A stretch of 37,557 nucleotides of DNA, taken from contig CAYFHS010000020.1 in assembly GCA_964342815.1 (NCBI GenBank), forward strand, positions 37,894 to 75,450. The letters run 5' to 3'. A program made the translations under genes and the position numbers. The DNA comes from an uncultured archaeon (GTDB lineage: Archaea; Thermoplasmatota; Penumbrarchaeia; JASLWR01). Below, one piece after another: positions 28,201 through 35,800 of this stretch (positions are counted from its first letter, which is position 1; each line of letters starts with the position of its first letter). A model generated the notes under the pieces. It saw nothing but the letters and a program-made list of their open reading frames with translations, was not told the origin of the DNA and searched no databases.

Positions 28201-30151
28201 GATTTTTAGAATAGGTCCAATAGTAGATGCTGGCAGCAATCCATTGGAAGGTATTACAGTACAATTCATGCTTGGACCCGACTCTTACTCCGTGGATACC
28301 GATGGATCGGGATTTGCCAAATTTGCATTATCACCTGATGATGTACCTGATGGAACCGAAATCACTGCCACAAACGGCCAACTGACTTTCACCTGGAACC
28401 AGGGAGACAATATTCCCGTCTTCGATGAATCAAACCCGCAGGAACACGAGGTCCCGGTTGGTCCGGTTCTCGATGCCGATGGAGACCCGGTGGAGGGTGC
28501 AGAGGTAAAGATCCTCATCGATGGGAATCCATACTCGGTAGAAACAGACGAAGATGGAATGGCTATATTCAGACTCCCCGTGAACGATATACCTGGTGGT
28601 ACAAGGGTGACCGCGGTTTTTGATGGTGAAACAAAGGAGTGGAAACACGGGAGTGAGACCATACCGGCTTTCTCATCGCAGGATGAAGGAATTCGTCCAG
28701 TGGTCTATGCTCTGGCGATCATAGTGCCCGTTTTCTTCGTTATACTCCTTTTGATACTAATCGTGAAGAAACGTAAAAGACAGAAAGAGATAAAGGAGAG
28801 GATGTCCGAGCTCAAGCATGAGATCGAGCGGGAAGAAGAGCTCGAGAGGATCGGGCGAACGGTCCAGGCGGAGATAAGCAAAGGGTCCAAGGCAAAGGAG
28901 AAACCTGCGGAAAAGGAGCAGGAAGAACCTGTGACTGATAAGAGACCACGGAAAGGGAAGAGAAAGGAACCGGTTGCGGCATCGGTTGAACCGAAAGCGA
29001 CGAAACCCAAAACGGAAACAAAGGCAACGGAAACCGTTGAAGAACCTTCTGGGGAAGCAGAAGTGGATGTGTGGGGTGATGAGGATTATATGGATGACGA
29101 ACTGCCACTTCCCCCTCCACCTGAGGACCTTAAGGAACATCTCGGTATCATCACCATGGAGAAGGTTCCATCGCATATGAAGAACATACTTCCTGGATAT
29201 ATTATCACCGATAAGCTGGGTAGCGGTGGATTTGCAACGGTGTACAAGGCAATAAACAAGGATGGCGATGGAGTTGCCATCAAACTTCCAAAATTCCTGG
29301 ACGAGACCATCGACAGCTCGGTTTTGAAGAAATTCCAGGCAGAAGCAGACATATGGAGGAAACTGAAACACAAGAATATCGTCACCTTCCTTGACAGCAA
29401 TATTCGTCCGGTTCCCTACATGACCATCGAGCTGATGGAAGGGGGGAATCTTGATGGATTGTTAAAGGACCACCGGCTTTCGGTGAAGGAGGCAAAACCC
29501 CTGATACTCCAGATCCTGGATGGTCTATCTTACGCTCACAGGATGGCCTGTGTGCACCGCGATATCAAACCCGAGAATATTCTATTTACGAAGGACGGGG
29601 TGCCGAAGATAGCTGATTGGGGTATCGGGAAATTCATGGCGGACGAAAGCGTTTCTCAGAGTATTGGTACCAAGGGAACATTCTCTTATGCCGCGCCTGA
29701 GCAGTTCGACCGGGAGACTTATGGAGATGTGGATTGGTCTACTGACCTGTTCCAGGTAGGTATTGTATTTTACCAGATGCTCACCGGTGTGAACCCGTTC
29801 CTGGCGAACGAGCTTGCCAGAGTAATGGGTCTAATAATGAATAAAACACCGGACCCCCCCAGTTCCTTGAATCCTGAAATATCGCCTGAACTGGACGAGA
29901 TTGTGATGAAGTGCTTGGAAAAGAAGAAGGAAGACCGGTGGAGGAGTACCGACGTCATTTACAGCAAGCTCAAAGAAATGGAAATCCGAAAACACGGGAA
30001 CCTTAAGAAATACCGCCGTTCCCTTGAAAGAGCTCTGAAGGATGGAGTCATCTCGGAGGATGAGGATGTCATGCTTGCCGAACTCAGGGAACACATGAGC
30101 ATATCCGATACCGAACATTCCTCTCTCGTTGACGAAATAATGAATGGTTGA
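25244..30151 (+). CDS. Receptor-like Ser/Thr kinase 2: one 7-blade propeller, Ig-like domains, 3 PKD-like domains, TM, kinase, C-terminal helical domain
   Basis: Same repeat type (7 copies); TM followed by KKRKR; kinase motifs GSGGFATV, VAIK, HRDIKPEN, DWG and APE. ATG 25244 has GGTGA 5 nt upstream. Confidence 0.9.
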   Translation: MKRTIVIVGVLVLTILLLMVGNENFVLIKERSGNNNDVSSVEQVEKMDSFESQSRGDNWFRTTVDSLNDVGKYSSIAVDVNGIPIISYVDTTNNWLMYAKLNGSTWDGGMIDNGNIIAHTSIALDPRNGEPHISYFRNNNLRHAYYGGTPVGWHIDTVDNSGGVGNYSSIKIDSSGNPHISYYDATNRILMYAKHDGNQWHNETADDTGENNAGNVGTYSSLTLDSANKAHISYYSGSTSNLLYVKETESGGGWGRQTPDATGSDNARQIGKYTSIVLDSGDKPRISYYDENNKNLMFAYKDAAQGGGVIWRKQTIDQNGIVGMYTSISVGIDNHLNISYYDQTNGDLKIASNNSGGWVIKPVDTQNDVGLYSSMVMWGENVPYISYYDQTNGDLRFATIDNERPNLVDNTVRQVGTANPLEFNISATDNREVGSVHVNWVHGNNSDNMSLQKRGNNWLGTITTSQDTNDLTYTVYVRDVASNYAISAQKNVPVTDDDAPQFEADNSPREGYTGDNFTFKIIAHDNIGVEKVWVDWSFSDDSDTLYLTPGGDDTWQGDIHLDIKHVGPLEYTFQIQDGAQNTWNSTQISIPVKDNKAPKLIEDTTAGAPGTEEVFIISAEIMDNIGISQVELKYSFNGDDWLNESMVGSSGNLWESSLTIPKNATTLEYSFHIFDVSGHDISTNFTRLQVRDTIAPTADAGEDLMILENEPITFKGNNSHDNIGITRYSWTFDYDGAMKELEGEFADFTFAIPGTYIITLTVTDGSNNTNTDEVTVTVLKEIPFKAIPAVNGNPIGANENLTISLGTGLVFDARNSTGDITEYVWNGENEAGAGKLEFQGAFFVHIFDIPGIFTVTLTVSNPSSGENDSISFKIIVEEAGMDDSEDPIVLVSINGEPLGSGGKYTVQRGDRVILDGRNSTDDTGIEKYEWSADLIDNPLKFEGGIVTHKFLKAGSYNVTLTVTDKAGKSASMTFTIIVEKEDIVEQIFRIGPIVDAGSNPLEGITVQFMLGPDSYSVDTDGSGFAKFALSPDDVPDGTEITATNGQLTFTWNQGDNIPVFDESNPQEHEVPVGPVLDADGDPVEGAEVKILIDGNPYSVETDEDGMAIFRLPVNDIPGGTRVTAVFDGETKEWKHGSETIPAFSSQDEGIRPVVYALAIIVPVFFVILLLILIVKKRKRQKEIKERMSELKHEIEREEELERIGRTVQAEISKGSKAKEKPAEKEQEEPVTDKRPRKGKRKEPVAASVEPKATKPKTETKATETVEEPSGEAEVDVWGDEDYMDDELPLPPPPEDLKEHLGIITMEKVPSHMKNILPGYIITDKLGSGGFATVYKAINKDGDGVAIKLPKFLDETIDSSVLKKFQAEADIWRKLKHKNIVTFLDSNIRPVPYMTIELMEGGNLDGLLKDHRLSVKEAKPLILQILDGLSYAHRMACVHRDIKPENILFTKDGVPKIADWGIGKFMADESVSQSIGTKGTFSYAAPEQFDRETYGDVDWSTDLFQVGIVFYQMLTGVNPFLANELARVMGLIMNKTPDPPSSLNPEISPELDEIVMKCLEKKKEDRWRSTDVIYSKLKEMEIRKHGNLKKYRRSLERALKDGVISEDEDVMLAELREHMSISDTEHSSLVDEIMNG

Positions 30152-30162
30152 AATAGTGGTCA

Positions 30163-31098
30163 CTATTCGTCATCAAGCTCCAGGTCGACCACTTTCCTTT
30201 CCTTCAGCTCCATTATTACCGGAGAGCCAAAGGCATAGAAAAGAGCTACTCCAAGTGCCAGGACAGCGCTGATGTTCAGTCCGAATATCTCCATATTGGT
30301 GAGGTCCTTCCAGACCTTGATATTGAAAACCTTTAGTGTAAGCGATATGATGAATAGGAATACCAGACCGCTGAATATCAGGCGGACTTTACCGTATATT
30401 TTTGGATATTTGTAATCACTCACCATCAGAAAAGCCAGTAGAATAGCGATACTGCATATTACTATTTTCATGAGCCAGTAACTCTCCCCTGTGTCCGGAT
30501 TCGGGTGGAAAAGAAAAGCCAAAACGCATATTATGAAGGCGTTAGGGGGTGTCGGTAATCCTATGAACATATCCAGTTTATGAGCCGAGGAAACGAATTT
30601 TGCCAGGCGAAGCATTCCAAAGAGGGCTACGATCACCGAAGTGATGATAACAATCACATTGATAATGATATCGCCCCTGCTGGCAGAATGCCAGGGAATC
30701 GCATATACACTGTAAAGAAGATATGCGGGAGCGAGACAGAATGTTATGGTGTCGGCAATTGAGTCCAGATAATGCCCGATCCTGTTTTTCACACCGAACT
30801 TTTTCAACTCCCACCTGGCAACTTCCCCGTCCACGCCATCGAGGATCATCCCGAATACGATCAATATTATACCCGGAAGGAAAAACAGCTCCTTTTCTCC
30901 GATATATTCTCCCCATCTACCCCGGAACGAGAGCATTGCAAGGAAACCGCACATACAGTTTCCCATTGTAACAAAATCGGCTATCTTGATCTTTTTGAAT
31001 ATCTTCAGTTTGTGGCGCGTTCCACCAATCTTTTCGCGGATCCTCTTTGACGGGACATTACCACCTGCCTTTCCTGAATTCTCGTGTTGATATGTCAA
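30163..31098 (-). CDS. pssA: CDP-alcohol phosphatidyltransferase, archaetidylserine synthase-like
   Basis: ADFVTMGN, DGVDGEVAR...IGHYLDSIADTITFCLAPA, LRLAKF and FIGLPTP. The start codon (TTG) is uncertain. Confidence 0.8.
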   Translation of the reverse strand: MTYQHENSGKAGGNVPSKRIREKIGGTRHKLKIFKKIKIADFVTMGNCMCGFLAMLSFRGRWGEYIGEKELFFLPGIILIVFGMILDGVDGEVARWELKKFGVKNRIGHYLDSIADTITFCLAPAYLLYSVYAIPWHSASRGDIIINVIVIITSVIVALFGMLRLAKFVSSAHKLDMFIGLPTPPNAFIICVLAFLFHPNPDTGESYWLMKIVICSIAILLAFLMVSDYKYPKIYGKVRLIFSGLVFLFIISLTLKVFNIKVWKDLTNMEIFGLNISAVLALGVALFYAFGSPVIMELKERKVVDLELDDE

Positions 31099-31166
31099 TT
31101 CGAATAATTACGGTATCGCTGGGGTAAATCTATTCAACCATTTTTTCTGTTCTGGATAAGTGAGGT

Positions 31167-31547
31167 TCATCGACTCCGGGTCCACATGTCTTTATCGATA
31201 TTATCGTAAATCTCAAATTTATTACCCTTTTTGGAATCCTTCGGCTTTGGGGGTTTGCCAAGTTCCTTTATCTTTTGTTTGTTCAATTTCCAGTAATGGA
31301 TCCTCCAAACTTGTCCTCTTTTTATCGTTACCTCTTCCCTCTCGGTCTTCAAAAGGCCAATCTCCTCCAGCATATAGAATACATCGCGATCACTGGGGTT
31401 CAATCGGTTGTCAATGGCATAATCCTCGAAACCGAAAAAATTTATGAGATATTCCGCAAGGGACCTTATGTCATCTTCACCCATACCCTTCTTACCCAAT
31501 GTGTTTCTCAATGCCTTGACGAGGTCGTTGATGGTTACAATTTCCAA
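31167..31547 (-). CDS. Conserved Thermoplasmatota hypothetical protein (DUF6015-like)
   Basis: NFFGFEDYAIDNRL..DRDVFYMLEEIGLLKTEREE...WRIHYW recalls DUF6015 (from memory, not searched). TTG 31547 has GGTGG 5 nt upstream; the track start is 31643. Confidence 0.65.
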   Translation of the reverse strand: MEIVTINDLVKALRNTLGKKGMGEDDIRSLAEYLINFFGFEDYAIDNRLNPSDRDVFYMLEEIGLLKTEREEVTIKRGQVWRIHYWKLNKQKIKELGKPPKPKDSKKGNKFEIYDNIDKDMWTRSR

Positions 31548-31702
31548 ATTGACCACCCCATGGGATAATAACCCTATTCGAATAAATGGAGCTTCTTTTT
31601 CCCAATGAGTCATATTCTTAGTATGATTTCTGGATAGAGCCACAGTCCTAATATTATTATCCTAAATTATATTTTCGGTTTCTTGATTGGCCAAGGGTAT
31701 TA

Positions 31703-31727
31703 TCTGGATTTCGCTTACAAATCCAGA
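31703..31727. promoter_or_regulatory. Perfect inverted repeat TCTGGATTT-N7-AAATCCAGA, possible operator
   Basis: Lies in a divergent intergenic region, directly adjacent to the TATA-like TTTTTATTAATA at about 31729-31740. Confidence 0.4.
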
Positions 31728-31847
31728 GTTTTTATTAATAAGCAACCCTTTTTTTATGAATAGGGTGTTTAGGTGAGTTGTTGTAGATGAAGAAATACTC
31801 TCATTCCACTCGGAAAAGGAACTCAAACGGGCTAACGAGGTTTCAAT

Positions 31848-32291
31848 ATGGCAAAACATGGGTCTTTATATGTTCTAGCAGCATTGGTGTGGTTTGCCGG
31901 GGCGTTCTCGTTATTATCAAAAGGCCTGATTTTATTGCTTCACGCAGAAGATATTATGGGTGGGCAGTCATGGCCGTGGATTGCATTTGCCATGGGTATT
32001 TTCATTGGTATAATAAAGGCCCGTTTATTTTTGTTAAAAAGTTGTAAAAAGAACATTGAGCGGATTGCTGCTCTTTCGAATCCAAAGTGGTGGCAGTTCT
32101 ATAAAGTAAAATTTTTTATATTCCTTGTGGTAGTTATTTCACTCGCTATATTTATATCGCGCCTTTGGGATGAGAACTATACTGCAACATGCATTATCGG
32201 TGCGGTTGATCTCTCTGTGGGAATGGGATTATTTCTGTCGAGCTATGCTTTTCTAAGTGCACACCGAAAAAATGGGATTTTTACTAATTAA
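31848..32291 (+). CDS. Small 4-TM hypothetical membrane protein
   Basis: Four hydrophobic segments with a basic loop (KKNIERI). GAGGT SD. Confidence 0.75.
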   Translation: MAKHGSLYVLAALVWFAGAFSLLSKGLILLLHAEDIMGGQSWPWIAFAMGIFIGIIKARLFLLKSCKKNIERIAALSNPKWWQFYKVKFFIFLVVVISLAIFISRLWDENYTATCIIGAVDLSVGMGLFLSSYAFLSAHRKNGIFTN

Positions 32292-32363
32292 AACCTCTCG
32301 ATGACAATGAGTTTGCCATGCTCTAGAGTTCCTAGGTTTGGCTAAAGTAATGTAATATTGATG

Positions 32364-32372
32364 AAAAAAAAA
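32364..32372 (-). terminator. Oligo-T terminator after tRNA-Val
   Basis: T9 on the minus strand starting 2 nt after the discriminator base. Confidence 0.75.
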
Positions 32373-32373
32373 G

Positions 32374-32447
32374 TGGGCCAAGCCGGATTCGAACCGGCGG
32401 TCATCGCCATGTCAAGGCGACATCATAACCAACTAGACCATTGGCCC
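32374..32447 (-). tRNA. tRNA-Val(GAC), no encoded CCA, no intron
   Basis: GGGCCAA/TTGGCCC acceptor stem, D-loop AGTTGGTT, anticodon arm TCGCC-TTGACAT-GGCGA, T arm GCCGG-TTCGAAT-CCGGC and discriminator A. Confidence 0.97.
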
Positions 32448-32702
32448 ATATCATATCTGTATTTTGTTGTTGTAAGGGCGGGATCAGGAGCCAGCACACT
32501 TGCTGGCGACCCAGATGTGAACCGACCAGAGGGAGGTATACATCGTTGGGAGCCAACACACCTGTTGGCGACTTAGTTGTGACCTGCGCAAAGCGCTGGT
32601 TACAACGTGATATGCTGGCATACCTGCCAGCATGGCCAGGTGAAAACCGAAGGGCAAAGCCCTGTTTTCACCGAGGATAACCAACTAGACCATTGGCCCA
32701 TA
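32425..32702. repeat. 26-bp perfect direct repeat ATAACCAACTAGACCATTGGCCCATA at 32425-32450 and 32677-32702
   Basis: Equals 3 nt of leader plus nt 1-23 of tRNA-Val. The two copies flank a 226-bp insert. Confidence 0.95.
32487..32676. ncRNA. Candidate structured RNA or ssDNA element: three tandem ~62-nt two-hairpin modules
   Basis: Hairpin A starts at 32490, 32552 and 32614 (exact 62-nt period). Hairpin B loops are centred at 32529, 32591 and 32657. Both stems show compensatory substitutions. Function and strand are unproven. Confidence 0.6.
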
Positions 32703-32732
32703 CCGGATTTACTTCTGGTTATTGTTATTCAC

Positions 32733-32747
32733 GATAAAAACCTTTCG
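32733..32747 (-). promoter_or_regulatory. BRE-TATA promoter CGAAAGG-TTTTTATC upstream of the truncated tRNA copy
   Basis: Archaeal BRE/TATA-like arrangement about 34 nt upstream of the first G of the 5' tRNA fragment (32699). Confidence 0.6.
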
Positions 32748-32814
32748 CCGAAATGGGAAAAAAACATCATGACCGGGATCAACAAAATCAGCCGATATTA
32801 CCAATTATTGACAA

Positions 32815-35800
32815 TCAAGTTTCATCACCAATAACTGTATCCCCGGTGTCCTCGACCTCAATCATAGCTTCACTGCTTTCATTTTTATTTTCAGGTTCTA
32901 TTTCTACTCCTACTCCATTCTCACCGGCTATTTTTTTTATTTTAATTCTCTTCTTTTTTGCAATTTTTTTAATCGGGTCTTTTTTAGCTGCTGGTTCTGT
33001 TCCTTTCACGGATTGTCTCAGGAAACTAGGATTTACCCATATTACTATAAGCAGGATCAGTAGAAACACAAATGCGGCTGCCGCGTAAAAATTGATCCTC
33101 ATTTCTGAGGTTGACGTAATGGTAACGTATAGGATTGCCGAATCGTTTGCCCCGTCATCATCTGTTACCGTGAGAACGACTGTGTAATTTCCATCACTTT
33201 TGAAATGATGAACCACAGAAACACCATGACCAACTTTCCCATCACCAAAATCCCACATATACTGTAATGAGTCGTAATCAGAAGGTGTATCCGTCGAATT
33301 TATCGCGGAAAATGTTATGGTCGCTCCTTTCTTATGAATGTCGGTTGCGTTGGCTACCGGCGGCCTATTGTCAATTCTGATCTCCTCCACGTCAAATGCC
33401 GTCATAGGTTCATCGAGGTCCAGGTCGGTAATATAAAGGGTGATATTGTAGGTTCCGGCTTTTCTGTATACGTGCTCGGCCGACAGAGAATAATTTTTTC
33501 CGGTCCCGTCACCGAAATCCCAACGTACGCTCTTGTAGAAGACGTCGGATGGATCATTGGGGTCATAGGAATTTATTGCGCTCATATATATTGTATCGTC
33601 TTCTTTACCGCTTCTCTGGACCTCAATTACAACCACCGGTGGTGCGTTTGATATGTTGAAAAGTACAGACATGGAACGTTCGATCATATGATTATCCCAA
33701 ACGGTTAGGGTGACCAGGAAATTCCCTTTCTTAACAAAGGAATGAACCACCGTGGATTCATTTTCCACGAGCTTTGAGCCATCCCCGAAATCCCATATTT
33801 CTTTTATGATAAGGCCGTCTATGTCCACGGATAGCGATTTGAAATGGATATTTTCACCTCCCTTGACCTTTACCCCGGTATCCACTAAATCCAGTGGACC
33901 CGTTAGGTTCAAAACCGCCTCTATACGGGGTTCCGGAGGAAGGTTGGCCACGTATCTCTCGCTTGCATGAGACCAGGTGTCCTCGAAGTCCTTAACATGC
34001 AGATTGAGATCGTAATTACCGGATTCAGTGAATGTGTAGGTGATCTGCGTGTCATAACCTATGTTCCGCCCGTTGATCTCCCATGTGTAATTTGCTATCG
34101 GCCCGTCAAGGTCGTATGAACCAAGCCCGGAGAACGAATAAGGTGTATTCACTTCAACGACTTTTGGCAGCTCTAGGGTTTCTTTGATTTCGATCAAGGG
34201 TACCGGTTTTCTGTTATCTATTAGGAGGTGTAATAAGCTTCGAGCGAATTCAAAATTGTCGTAAGGCGAATATTCCCCTTCCTTTGAGATATTTCCGTCG
34301 GAAAGTATCCCATCGCTTATCACGGCAAGTCGCCCCTTCCCAATTGATGAATAGACACTCAGACTTTCGTTATTCTCCGATTTCAGGACGGTATGGTCGC
34401 CTCCTTCCGGAACCTTGTTGTGCCGGTCATAGTAGATGGTCTCTACGTAATCGAACTTTTCCAAAGATCGGTTAATATTTGAGGTGTTACCCCTTCCCGG
34501 TGCTTGGCTGTTTGTCCAGGAGATTCCACCCATCGATGTGATGGGTAACGAGATATCATTTTCCCCTCCACCCATTATGAATACGCTGCTTCCGTTAATA
34601 AGAAAATTCTCTATTGCCGAGATTTCACCTGTAGTGAATGTTTCCGTGGGTCCAGTGCTTATGTACAGGTCAAATCCATCAAGTTCTTCACCGTAAGCGC
34701 GTTTGTTCAGGATTTCAAGCTCGAAATTCTCTGCTAGGAATTCCTGGGTTATAGTGTTATAGTTCATACTGTTGCCGTGGCCCAGGTCGATCAGTAATTT
34801 TTTCTTGGTTTGAACATAGGTGGATAGGTATTGCCCCTCAACGGGATCACGTGCGCTGTTTCCGACCATGGAGATATCTTGTGTTTCGAACCAGTAATAG
34901 ATTTTTGTATAGCACGGATATGGTGGAATATCTCCCTGAAATATAGTATTTGTTACTTGTTCCAGTGGGATTCTCGTAATAGGTGTTCCCGGTGCGGAGG
35001 AGTTCACCATGTAATTCAAAGAGGTCCTGTTGATATCGATTCCCATGTTGTCGGTGATGGTTGCAATCATTGTATAGGAATTTTCTGTCTCGGTGATATA
35101 TTCCACTGGGAAGTGAATAATAGTAGGCGGCGTGAGATCGAGACCTACCCAGAAATTGAAAAGGGTTCCTGGAATGGTTGGTTCTGCATTTACCGGCTCG
35201 GTATATGTGGAATTGTCGCTGAGGAAAAGCTGGATATAATAGTAGAGGGTGACGTCATTAACCGAAATATCGAGAACTGCACGGTATATATCTTCCTGAA
35301 ATAAGAAATCCACCGGGTTGAAGTTAACTCCATCGATGGAATAATTCAAAACCACACTTGCAATACTACCCGTAGGTGCATGAACGGTGGCTTCGAAAAT
35401 ATATGGGCCGTTCACGTTCTCGGTATCGCCCAGCGGAACGTGATCGATGGAGATCGGAGTTGGTGAATCGTATTCTTTTAGGAAATCGATCCAGGGGGTT
35501 TCGGAAAAATCGAAATTCCGCAGGTATGTGTTATAATATGAGGAGGAAAGTATTTTTTCCGGGAACCAAATCGCCAGACCCAACGAATTTGGGTGGTCCG
35601 AGCCGGTACCGTATGCCACCACGCTGTCTTTGAGCGCCACAGTCAACTCCGTGGCTTTCTGTTTCAAGGACAGGGGTAGTGAAACATCGTCTTTGATGAT
35701 TTGTGCAAAACTGTATAGATCAACGTAACGTGACCGCGGTGAGTCCGCCTGTCTTCTCGCACTCCGTATCTCAGAACTATAATGATACGTGGAGGATATC

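Noticed and set aside
31004-31057. Out-of-frame ATG (31057) behind GCAGGTGGT as evidence of a frameshift in pssA
   Set aside because: SD spacing is only 2 nt, against 3-7 nt in the other genes, and the main frame is open through the region, so no frameshift is needed.
32487-32633. CRISPR mini-array (24-bp palindromic repeat with 38-bp spacers, period 62)
   Set aside because: The apparent spacers are homologous to each other (22/38 identical) and are themselves conserved hairpins. The third repeat keeps structure but not sequence, and no cas genes are present.
32425-32699. Intron-containing or split tRNA using the upstream fragment as exon 1
   Set aside because: The downstream copy is already a complete tRNA and I could not find a bulge-helix-bulge at the junctions. 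A SPLITS or tRNAscan-SE archaeal run would settle it.
32358-32834. Short ORFs overlapping the tRNA and hairpin array (32358-32576, 32441-32680, 32484-32684, 32607-32834)
   Set aside because: They overlap a tRNA and a structured element, lack SD sites and show no protein-like motifs.
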